A stretch of DNA of 64,000 nucleotides from an uncultured Actinomycetes bacterium (lineage in GTDB: Bacteria; Actinomycetota; Thermoleophilia; UBA2241). The DNA lies in NCBI GenBank assembly GCA_963767005.1, contig CAVYCN010000002.1, forward strand, positions 14,272-78,271, in the 5' to 3' direction. The notes under the pieces were generated by a model. The model ran no database searches. It saw only the letters and a program-made list of their open reading frames with translations, and was not told where the DNA came from. A program made the position numbers and the translations under genes. Shown here one piece after another: positions 1 through 8,799 of the stretch (position 1 is the first letter of the stretch; every line of letters starts with the position of its first letter).

Positions 1-80
1 GCCGGGCCGTCGCCTGGATGTCGGCCTCGAGGCCGTCGACGTTCGCAGCGTCGCGCAACGTGTCGTCGCCGGTCGCCATG
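1..80 (-). CDS. 5' end of an unidentified gene running out of the window (N-terminus MATGDDTLRDAANVDGLEADIQATAR...)
   Basis: GGAGGA Shine-Dalgarno 5 nt upstream of ATG at 80-78 on minus strand; open to window edge. Confidence 0.3.
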
Positions 81-222
81 CGGTCCTCCTTCGCCGGAGG
101 GATGGTCGGGGCCGATTCTACCAGCGACCGGGACGGCTCCGGACGGCGCCGCCTGCCGGGCTCCCGCGCCGTACGGTAGACTACCGACGCCGCTCCGCCC
201 CCGCAAAGCGAAAGGTGCCGCC

Positions 223-702
223 GTGGACGATGCCGACCACCCGACTGCCGCGGGCCTCGCCCTGCGCGAGTTCGCGATGGCCGACTACGCGGCCGTCGAC
301 GACCTGTGGCGGCGCTCCGACTTGTGGATGCGGCCCTCCGACCAGCCCGATCGCGTGGCACTCAAGCTGACGCGCGACCCCGACCTGTTCCTCGTGGCCG
401 AGACCGGCGCGCGCCTCGTGGGTGTGGCGCTGGGCGGCTGGGACGGGCGGCGCGCCTACATCTACCATCTGGCGGTCGACCCCGACTGGCGGCGGCGGGG
501 CGTGGCGAGCCGGCTCATGGACGAGCTCGAGGAGCGCTTCCGCGCCAGGGGGGCGCTCAAGGCCAAGCTGCAGATCGTGCAGGGCAACGACGCCTCGACG
601 GCCTTCTTCGGCGCCCGTGGCTACCGGCTCGAGAGCGACTGTCAGCCCTGGGGCCGCGAGCTCGTGCCGGGCGGCGCGCCCGACGACTTCGAGCGCTGCT
701 AG
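223..702 (+). CDS. GNAT family N-acetyltransferase
   Basis: 159 aa; acetyl-CoA binding motif region ...HLAVDPDWRRRGVASRLMDELEE... typical of GNAT fold. Confidence 0.7.
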   Translation: MDDADHPTAAGLALREFAMADYAAVDDLWRRSDLWMRPSDQPDRVALKLTRDPDLFLVAETGARLVGVALGGWDGRRAYIYHLAVDPDWRRRGVASRLMDELEERFRARGALKAKLQIVQGNDASTAFFGARGYRLESDCQPWGRELVPGGAPDDFERC

Positions 703-717
703 GGGAGAGGGGCGACC

Positions 718-1728
718 ATGCATACCGCGATCGTCTACGACCCCCGCTACAGCGAGCACGACACCGGCGAGCACGTCGAGGCGCCCGACCGCGCCGCCGC
801 GATCGTCGCCCACCTCGAGCAGACCGACCTGTGGTCGCGGCTCGAGCTGCTCGCGCCGCGGCCGGCCACGGTCGACGACCTGCTCACGGTGCACACCGCG
901 GCCTACGTCGAGCAGGTGCGCGCCGCCGCCGCCGGCGGCGGCGCCTGGCTCGACCCCGACACCTTCGCCTCGCCGCGCAGCTTCGAGGTGGCGCTGCTCG
1001 CCGCCGGCGGGGCGCTCGAGGTGGCGGCCGCCTGGGAGCGCGGCCTGGTGTCTTTTGCCCTCGTGCGGCCGCCGGGCCATCACGCCATGCCCGACCACGC
1101 CATGGGCTTCTGCCTGTTCGACAACGTCGCGATCCTCGCTCGCCGCCTGCTGGCCGGCGGCCTCGAGCGGGTGCTGATCCTCGACTGGGACGTGCACCAC
1201 GGCAACGGCACGCAGGCCGCCTTCTACGACGACCCCCACGTGCTGTTCGTCTCGCTGCACCAGTGGCCGTTCTTCCCCGGCACCGGCTGGTACTCCGAGA
1301 CGGGCGCGGGCGCCGGCGAGGGTTTCACGGTGAACGTGCCGTTCCCGGCCGGCTCGACCGACGGCGACTACCTGCACGCCTGCGACGCCCTGATCGAGCC
1401 GATCGTCGCGCAGTTCGAGCCGCAGGCCGTGCTGGTGTCGGCCGGCCAGGACATCCACGTCGACGACACGCTCGGCTCGATGCGCGTCACCGAGGCCGGC
1501 TTTGCCGCGCTGGCGGCTCGCGCGGCGGCCATGGCCGCGCCGGCCGACGGGCGCCTCGGCCTGGTGCTCGAGGGCGGCTACAACAAGGTCGCCAGCGCGC
1601 ACGCCGTCGCCGCCGTCCTGCGCGCCCTCGCCGACGGCGCAGCGGAGCCGGTCGGCCCGCCGTCGCCGCACGGCAAGATCGTGGTCGGCAAGGCGATCGA
1701 CACCCAGCGCCGCTACTGGGAGCTGTAG
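718..1728 (+). CDS. histone deacetylase-family (HDAC/AcuC-like) acetyl-lysine or acetoin-utilisation deacetylase
   Basis: 336 aa; PPGHHA..., DWDVHHGNGTQ, GGGY motifs of the arginase/deacetylase fold. Confidence 0.8.
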   Translation: MHTAIVYDPRYSEHDTGEHVEAPDRAAAIVAHLEQTDLWSRLELLAPRPATVDDLLTVHTAAYVEQVRAAAAGGGAWLDPDTFASPRSFEVALLAAGGALEVAAAWERGLVSFALVRPPGHHAMPDHAMGFCLFDNVAILARRLLAGGLERVLILDWDVHHGNGTQAAFYDDPHVLFVSLHQWPFFPGTGWYSETGAGAGEGFTVNVPFPAGSTDGDYLHACDALIEPIVAQFEPQAVLVSAGQDIHVDDTLGSMRVTEAGFAALAARAAAMAAPADGRLGLVLEGGYNKVASAHAVAAVLRALADGAAEPVGPPSPHGKIVVGKAIDTQRRYWEL

Positions 1729-1865
1729 GCGCGTTCTCTGCTCCGACGACGCCGAGCGGCCGCGCAGGGTGTAGCGGGCGGCCGTCGCTGCCGACACACG
1801 AAAGGAAAGGGCCATCGCCCCTAGCCCAGCGCGGGGTCGGTGTGCTACCATGGGCCCACCGGGGG

Positions 1866-1890
1866 GCCGGCTCTGCACGAGCCGGCTTTT
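1866..1890 (+). terminator. intrinsic terminator-like hairpin GCCGGCTC-tgcac-GAGCCGGC followed by TTTT
   Basis: 8-bp perfect stem, 5-nt loop, T4 tract; lies about 10 nt upstream of the AGGAGG RBS of the next ORF. Confidence 0.4.
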
Positions 1891-1911
1891 GTCGTGTAGG
1901 AGGTTGGTAGG

Positions 1912-2265
1912 TTGCCGGTCGAAGAAGCGCTCGAGTGTCATGAGTGCGCTGCCATCTGCGAGAAGGTCGTCTATCCGGCCACCTGTCTCGCGTCGAGCTG
2001 TCGTTATCTGTACGCCTTCAAGGAGCGCGGCCGCACCTACTTCGGCTGCATCGAGAAGGTCTTCCGGCACGAGATCGAGCTCGAGCTGTTCCGTGAGCTC
2101 GAACGCACCAAGGGCGGCTTCGGCGTCGTCAAGATGGCGCGCCAGCCCCTGCAGCAGTGCGCCGTCGCCGTGCAGAGCTGCTACCAGTGCGCCGAAGTGC
2201 CGCTGTGTCGCAACATGTACTTCCGGCGCCGCGACCGTCGCGTCGTCGAGGCGGTCGAAGAGTAG
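1912..2265 (+). CDS. small cysteine-rich hypothetical protein (117 aa, 11 Cys)
   Basis: TTG start 8 nt after AGGAGG; locally lower GC; CxxC-type spacing (CHECAAIC, CAVAVQSCYQC); no family recognised. Confidence 0.5.
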   Translation: MPVEEALECHECAAICEKVVYPATCLASSCRYLYAFKERGRTYFGCIEKVFRHEIELELFRELERTKGGFGVVKMARQPLQQCAVAVQSCYQCAEVPLCRNMYFRRRDRRVVEAVEE

Positions 2266-2449
2266 GCGCGCCGCGCGGTCGCTCGCCGGTCCAGGCGCGC
2301 GACGTAGCCACGCCTGCCTGAGCGGCGACGACGTAGTCGATCGCCGGCACCGGGCGTCCGCTCCCGCCTGTCAGCGACCCGCGCCTGCGGGTATACTTGG
2401 CCATGCGATCCTCCGGGCATCTTCTGCCGGCCGTCGCGTTCCTTTCGTG

Positions 2450-2798
2450 GGGGCGAATCGGTTTCGACATGGAGTGACTCCGGTCGGAGCAGCAAGCCGA
2501 GGTCCGGTGGCCTCGTTAAACTGCCGGAACGAATCACCTGCCGAGAGCAATCTCGCACTGGCTGCCTAAACAGTAGCCACGTCGCCTCTGCCGAGCCTGC
2601 GGGCAGAGATGCGGCGCCGATAGCGGGCTAGGGACCGGCCGGTCCGCTCTGTCCGGCCGCGACCGAAGACGACCAGGGCTGGCGACCCAGATCCGGCCGA
2701 CGCGGAGCTGGCGAGCGAGATGAAATGCGCCGGCTAAGCTTGTAGATACTCCGCCAGGGCCTTCGTGGACGCGGGTTCGAGTCCCGCCGCCTCCACCA
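2450..2798 (+). ncRNA. ssrA: tmRNA (ssrA)
   Basis: 5' GGGGCGAAUCGGUUUCGACAUGGAG... resembles the tmRNA 5' end; 3' end GGACGCGGGUUCGAGUCCCGCCGCCUCCACCA is a T-arm plus CCA; internal tag ORF ...GCC GAG AGC AAU CUC GCA CUG GCU GCC UAA encodes ...AESNLALAA-stop. Confidence 0.85.
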
Positions 2799-2805
2799 CC
2801 TGCCG

Positions 2806-4395
2806 CTACCTCCCGTAGACGGCGAGCGAGTTCGCGATCGCGAGCATCGTCTGCGTGGAGACGTTGCCGCTCACGTGGACGCAGTACCCCCTGCCGAGGC
2901 AGTCGACGAACGAGATGACGTAGAACGGCAGCAGGGTGTGGTCGGAGAACGAGCCTTCGCTGCCGTTCCCGATGGAGGGCTCCTGCAGCACGTAGGCTCG
3001 AAGCCCCTTCATGTGCCCGCCGTGCAGCGCGACGCGGCGCGGCAGCGGCGGCGTGGCGGGAACGGGGAATCCCCCATCCTTGCCGTTCAACTGGCAGACG
3101 TCGAGCTCGAACCACTCGAGGCCGCGGCGATAGAGCTGGTCGACCTCGGGCATGACGGAGAACTGCTGCAGCATCGAGCTGATGCCGGTGCGCGCGTCGG
3201 TCGAGACGCCGCTGAGAACGAATCCGGACGGCACCGACGAGGGCACGAGAGGGGCGAAGCCCGCTGCCGCTACGGCCTGCGGGAGGGTCACCGAGGTGAC
3301 CGTGTTGCCGGGTGCGCTCACGACGCCGGACGGCGCCGGGTTCGGAACGCCGGACGGCAGCGTCGTGAACGTGCTCGCCGGCAGCTCGCCGTCGGTCTTC
3401 AGATCGGTGACGCGCAGACCGATCGTGTATGGGCTCGTCGCGTACGGGAAGCCCTTCACGGCGCTCGCCGGCCCCGGGGACGCATCGAGCACCGTGAGCA
3501 CGATGAGCCCGCTCGCCTGGTCGACGGTGACCGTCTCGCGCAGGACCCTGTAGTAGTCGCTCTTCGGATACCAGAGGCGGCGGAGGTCGATCGTCGCCCG
3601 CCAGGCCGGGCGGCCCTCGTAGCGGCCGGTCTGTACCGTGAGGTCGGCCTGGCCGGCCACAGCGTCCTGCAGGAGCGCCGCCTCCGCCAGGTAGTCGCTG
3701 CAGAAGTACAGCAGGTCGTCTGGCCAGGGCCAGATGGAGTGCACCGGCCAGCGGTGGGCGCTGCCGTGGTCGGTCAGGTGGCCGGCGGCGTCCCAGGCCG
3801 CCCAGCGCGCGGCGAGCGTGCGGGCGTCGTATAGCGAGAGGTAGTGCGTCGGCTGCAGGACCGCCCAGACCCCGTGCGGGCGGTCCGACCGCACGACGGC
3901 CGGGCCCTGCAGGGTTTCGCCGGGCACGATCCCGACCTCGGCCGAGCGCTTGACCAGCGCGATCTCGTAGCGGCTGTCGCCGGCCGCGTCGGCGGCGAAG
4001 CTGCCGCGCCACTCGGCGCTGGCGGGGGCGTGGCCCGGGGCACGGACGGTGACCGTCTCGGCGAAGTCGCCCTGGATACTGGTGATGGCGCGCATGCCGT
4101 AGGCCAGGCGCGCGGCCATGAGCCGGGCGGCGTCGGCGGGCGCCGGCTTCCAGGCGGCTCGGCCGCCGGGCAGACCGACGAGCACGACCGCGACGCAGGC
4201 CGCGACGGCCGCGAGGCCGACCGCGAGCTGGAAGCGGCGGCGCGCCCACAGCGGCGGCCGCCGCAGGGTGGCGAGCGACGGGGCGACCGCGTCGCGCAGA
4301 TGGTCCCAGTAGTCCGCCCCGTGCTCGATCTCCACGGCGTCGAGAAGGCGGCCGATCTGCTCGTCTGAGCGCGGGTCGTCGAGGTGCTCGTTCAT
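2806..4395 (-). CDS. membrane-anchored anti-sigma factor (putative), large extracytoplasmic domain
   Basis: 529 aa; about 60-aa cytoplasmic N-terminus then one TM helix (FQLAVGLAAVAACVAVVLVGL); start overlaps the stop of the ECF sigma gene (4392-4395). Confidence 0.55.
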   Translation of the reverse strand: MNEHLDDPRSDEQIGRLLDAVEIEHGADYWDHLRDAVAPSLATLRRPPLWARRRFQLAVGLAAVAACVAVVLVGLPGGRAAWKPAPADAARLMAARLAYGMRAITSIQGDFAETVTVRAPGHAPASAEWRGSFAADAAGDSRYEIALVKRSAEVGIVPGETLQGPAVVRSDRPHGVWAVLQPTHYLSLYDARTLAARWAAWDAAGHLTDHGSAHRWPVHSIWPWPDDLLYFCSDYLAEAALLQDAVAGQADLTVQTGRYEGRPAWRATIDLRRLWYPKSDYYRVLRETVTVDQASGLIVLTVLDASPGPASAVKGFPYATSPYTIGLRVTDLKTDGELPASTFTTLPSGVPNPAPSGVVSAPGNTVTSVTLPQAVAAAGFAPLVPSSVPSGFVLSGVSTDARTGISSMLQQFSVMPEVDQLYRRGLEWFELDVCQLNGKDGGFPVPATPPLPRRVALHGGHMKGLRAYVLQEPSIGNGSEGSFSDHTLLPFYVISFVDCLGRGYCVHVSGNVSTQTMLAIANSLAVYGR

Positions 4396-5021
4396 GGCCG
4401 CTCCTCGAGTCGGGCTGCCGTGACGGCCCGGCGCAGCGCGGCCCGGCCCTTGAAGAGCCGCGAACCGATCGTGCCGGGGGGGACGCCGATGATCTGGGCG
4501 GCGAGGCGGTAGTCGAGACCCTCCTGGTCGACGAGCACGACTGCGACGCGCTGCTCCGGTGTGAGGCCGGCGAGCAGCCTCTCGACGACGTCGCGCGAGG
4601 CGAGCTCGTCGGCGGGATCGGGAGATGTGGCGACGGTCTCCGGGAGGTCATCGGACGCCACGATCACGAGGTCTCGCCGGCGGCGCAGCAGGTCGACGCA
4701 AGTGTGGTAGGTCGTGCGAGCCAGCCAGGCTCCGAGGGCATCGGGTGCGCGCAGCGTGGGCAGCGCGCGAGCCGCCTTGATCGCGACCTCCTGCAGGGCG
4801 TCGTCCATGAGGTCGCGGTCGCCGAGCAGCGACGAGGCGATCCGCCGCAGGCGGCGGTCGTGACGGCGCAGGATGGTGAGGAAGGCGTCGACGTCGCCGC
4901 GGCGTGCCGCGGCCAGGGTGCGAGGGTCGATCCGCACGCCGCGCCGCAGGTCTTCGGGGTCGTCGGCGTGCACCGCGCCTTCCTCGGCAGGGACATTCGC
5001 AAGCTCGACCCCATCGTGCAC
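4392..5021 (-). CDS. ECF (sigma-70 family, sigma-24-like) RNA polymerase sigma factor
   Basis: region 2 (DALQEVAIKAARAL...) and region 4 HTH (LTPEQRVAVVLVDQEGLDYRLAAQIIGVPPGTIGSRL) motifs. Confidence 0.8.
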   Translation of the reverse strand: MHDGVELANVPAEEGAVHADDPEDLRRGVRIDPRTLAAARRGDVDAFLTILRRHDRRLRRIASSLLGDRDLMDDALQEVAIKAARALPTLRAPDALGAWLARTTYHTCVDLLRRRRDLVIVASDDLPETVATSPDPADELASRDVVERLLAGLTPEQRVAVVLVDQEGLDYRLAAQIIGVPPGTIGSRLFKGRAALRRAVTAARLEERP

Positions 5022-5196
5022 GGCACCCCCCGTATCGTGGTCGTCGGCCGGTCGGCCTCAGGCGGTGCCGGCCTCAGCGGTGCGCATCACAGGAGAAGAC
5101 GCAGGCGGCCCGCCGGTTTCTTCACGCAGGCGCGGCGCGGCCACGGCCGGGAGGGGCAGACGAGCGGACGAGGAGCCGTGGTGCACGACCCTGCGC

Positions 5197-6120
5197 CTAC
5201 GCTCGGGTCGCGCCGCGCCCGCGTGCGCGGGCCATGCGCACGAAGCGGTCGACGAGCTCGTCCATGGGGATGCCGGCGGCGGCCGCTTCTTTGGGGAACA
5301 GGCTCTGATCGGTCATGCCGGGGAACGTGTTCGTCTCCATGAGGTAGAGCTCGCCGGCCGGGTTGAGGATGAAGTCGGCGCGTGAGAGGTCGCGGCAGCC
5401 GCAGAGGCGGTGCGTGAGCACGGCGATATCCTGGGCGGCGCGCTGGCGGTCGGGCGCGATGTGCAGCGGCGGGCAGAGCTCCTGGGTGCGGCCGTTGTAC
5501 TTGTTCTCGTAGTCGAACTCGCCGTCGGGCGGCGGGATGATCTCGATCACCGGCAGGGCTTCGTCGCCGAGCACGCCGACCGTGAGCTCGATGCCGGGGA
5601 TCAGCTCCTCGAGCAGCATCGGCCCGTTGCGGGTGAGGGCGTCGAGCAGCGCCGCCCGATCGACCGCGGCAGGGTCGGTCGCGAGGAAGGTGTCGACCGA
5701 CGAGCCGCCGTCGTTGGGCTTGAGCACGAACGGGGCCTTCGTGAGCCCCGAGCGCCACAGCGTGTCGCCATCGACCATCTCACCTCTGGGCAGCGGCACG
5801 CGGCCGGCCAGGTGCTGCTTGAAGCGCCATTTGTCCATGCAGAGCGCCGACGCGGCCGAGTCGGAGCCGACGAAGGGCACGCCGAGCCGTTCGAGCTCGG
5901 CCTGCAGCGTGCCGTCCTCGCCGCCCTTGCCGTGCAGCGCCGGCACGACGCAGTCGGCGGCACTGATCGCGGCCGCGTGGGGCGCGATGCCGTCGGCGTA
6001 GTCGAACGTCGTGACCTCGTGGCCGCGCCGGCGCAGCGCCCGCTCGATCGCGGCGGCCGAGCGAAAGCAGATCTCGCGCTCGCTCGACGTCCCACCGGTG
6101 AGAACGACGACGTTGCTCAT
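5197..6120 (-). CDS. ddl: D-alanine--D-alanine ligase
   Basis: 307 aa; ATP-grasp motifs (LHGKGGEDGTLQ, ...ELYLMETNTFPGMT); located away from the dcw cluster. Confidence 0.85.
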   Translation of the reverse strand: MSNVVVLTGGTSSEREICFRSAAAIERALRRRGHEVTTFDYADGIAPHAAAISAADCVVPALHGKGGEDGTLQAELERLGVPFVGSDSAASALCMDKWRFKQHLAGRVPLPRGEMVDGDTLWRSGLTKAPFVLKPNDGGSSVDTFLATDPAAVDRAALLDALTRNGPMLLEELIPGIELTVGVLGDEALPVIEIIPPPDGEFDYENKYNGRTQELCPPLHIAPDRQRAAQDIAVLTHRLCGCRDLSRADFILNPAGELYLMETNTFPGMTDQSLFPKEAAAAGIPMDELVDRFVRMARARGRGATRA

Positions 6121-6345
6121 GGCATCACCCTACCTGCCGTCGACAGCGTACGGGCTGAAGTTCTGGATGAGGGGGGCGTCCCCTGCGCAGTGACGGCGCG
6201 GCCGCGTAGCCCTCTCGCCGCCGGGCCGCGACGAGCGCACCGTCGCCTCGATGCCGGGCCATGACGACGCCGTCTCTGGGGCGCCGCCGCTTGCGAATGG
6301 TATCGTTGGCAGATCGTCACGATCCGAGGGGGAGGTCGCACGGGC

Positions 6346-7638
6346 ATGGGCGGGCAGCGTACGGTGGGCATCAACGGCCTTGGCCGCATCGGGAAGCTCG
6401 CGCTCTGGTACGAGCTCGCGCACGACGACGTCGACCGCATCGTGGTGAACGTGGGCCGGCCGGTCGGCACGTCGCTCGACGCCGTCGTGCAGTACATCGC
6501 AAAGGACAGCACCTACGGGCCGCTGCATCGCTACCTGCACGGCCAGTCCGGCGTGCGCGACGTGCGCGTGGTCGACGAGGCGCGCGGCCTGCTCGCCGCC
6601 TACGGCAAGGAGATCGTCGTGCTGCGCGAGGCGCGCGACCCGGCGGCCATCCCGTGGCGCGAGCACGGCGTCGCGCTCGTCGTCGAGTGCACCGGGCGGT
6701 TCCGCGACCCGCAGGCCGAGGCCGACGCCGCCAGGGGCTCGCTGCGCGGCCACCTGACGGCCGGCGCCCGCGCCGTCGTCGTGAGCTCGCCGTTCAAGAA
6801 CAGGCAGGAGGCGCCGCTGCCCGACGATGCCGCCATCCTCATCTCGGGCATCAACGACTGGCAGTTCGACCCGGCCAGGCACCGGCTCGTGTCGGCCGCG
6901 TCGTGCACGACGACCGCCCTCGCCCACATGATGCGCCCCCTGCTCGAGCGCGACCTCACGCGCAACATGCTCACCGCCGGCATGAGCACGGTGCACGCCG
7001 CGACCAACTCGCAGCCGGCGCTCGACGCCGTGCCCGGCGCCGGCGCCAAGGACCTGCGCAAGACGCGCGGCGCCCTGGGCAACGTCGTGCTCACCTCGAC
7101 CAACGCCGCGGCCACGCTCGAGCAGGTCCTGCCCGAGATCGCCCGCGTCGGTTTCATGGCCGACTCGGTGCGCATCCCCACGGCGACCGTGAGCCTCATC
7201 ATCCTGAACGTGACCTTCCAGAACGAGGCCCTGCCCGACGGCGGCGTGGTGGTCGAGCGCGAGGCGATCAATCAGATCTACCGCGAAGCGGCCGCGGGCG
7301 CGGGCCGTGGCCTCGTCGTGTTCAGCGACGAGCAGAACGTGTCGTGCGACATGGTCGGCGAGAACGCCGCCGTGGTGATCGAGGGCGTCGAGACGCACAC
7401 GCGCACCGGCTTCATCGACCTGGTCGTGCCCGAGTGCGAGCCGGTCCAGGAGGGCGTGGCGGTCGCCGGCGGCGGGCCGGCCGCCGGCCGGCCCGCCGCC
7501 GGCGACGATCCCGTGCCGCACCGCACCGTGCGGGTGCCGCTCACTCACGTGAAGATCTTCGGCTGGTACGACAACGAGATGGGCAGCTACACGCAGCGGC
7601 TCGGCGAGCTCACCGCGATGGTCGCCCAGCGCATGTAG
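6346..7638 (+). CDS. glyceraldehyde-3-phosphate dehydrogenase-family protein, atypically long (430 aa)
   Basis: N-terminal INGLGRIGK Rossmann motif, catalytic ASCTTT motif, C-terminal WYDNEMGYS-like motif; about 95 extra residues relative to canonical GAPDH. Confidence 0.65.
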   Translation: MGGQRTVGINGLGRIGKLALWYELAHDDVDRIVVNVGRPVGTSLDAVVQYIAKDSTYGPLHRYLHGQSGVRDVRVVDEARGLLAAYGKEIVVLREARDPAAIPWREHGVALVVECTGRFRDPQAEADAARGSLRGHLTAGARAVVVSSPFKNRQEAPLPDDAAILISGINDWQFDPARHRLVSAASCTTTALAHMMRPLLERDLTRNMLTAGMSTVHAATNSQPALDAVPGAGAKDLRKTRGALGNVVLTSTNAAATLEQVLPEIARVGFMADSVRIPTATVSLIILNVTFQNEALPDGGVVVEREAINQIYREAAAGAGRGLVVFSDEQNVSCDMVGENAAVVIEGVETHTRTGFIDLVVPECEPVQEGVAVAGGGPAAGRPAAGDDPVPHRTVRVPLTHVKIFGWYDNEMGSYTQRLGELTAMVAQRM

Positions 7639-7735
7639 GCGCGCTCGCCCGCGTGGCGCCCGTGCGGGCCGCGCGGGGCTCGGGCTCAGGCAGGGAGTCG
7701 CGGCACGGCGTCAATCGCCCGCGCGGCCGGTATGA

Positions 7736-7764
7736 CGAACGTCACGGCCGATCGATGACGTTCG
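7736..7764 (+). promoter_or_regulatory. perfect 9-bp inverted repeat CGAACGTCA-N11-TGACGTTCG upstream of the ABC transporter operon (candidate operator)
   Basis: seen directly in sequence, about 200 nt upstream of the ATPase start. Confidence 0.3.
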
Positions 7765-7968
7765 GCACTGCCGGCCGCGCCTGGCCGCCGCTACACTGGT
7801 CGGCGAGGCGGATACCACCGCGGTGACAGCCAAGATGCCTCCGCGGGGTGACGACCGTGCGCGGCGTCGCCGGGTATCGTCCTTACTGATCGCACGACAA
7901 TCACCGGGATGCGCCCGCCTTGGGGAGGCGGTGACGCGGCGACCCGGTCATCGAGGGAGGCCAAATCC

Positions 7969-8795
<827 letters not shown>

Positions 8796-8799
<4 letters not shown>

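Noticed and set aside
181-2070. 629-aa minus-strand ORF overlapping the GNAT and deacetylase genes
   Set aside because: Antisense to two well-supported plus-strand genes; Arg/Ala/Gly-rich low-complexity translation typical of GC-driven open frames.
2534-4651. 705-aa minus-strand ORF overlapping the tmRNA and anti-sigma gene in another frame
   Set aside because: Overlaps an RNA gene and a better-supported CDS; Arg/Pro/Ser-rich junk translation.
2798-5021. Genomic island integrated at the ssrA 3' end
   Set aside because: No integrase, excisionase or repeat of the ssrA 3' terminus seen downstream; GC content and gene content (ECF sigma/anti-sigma, ddl) look native.
5215-5230. GCCCGCG-tg-CGCGGGC hairpin near the ddl 3' end
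   Set aside because: Lies inside the ddl coding region rather than downstream of it; probably a coincidental GC palindrome.
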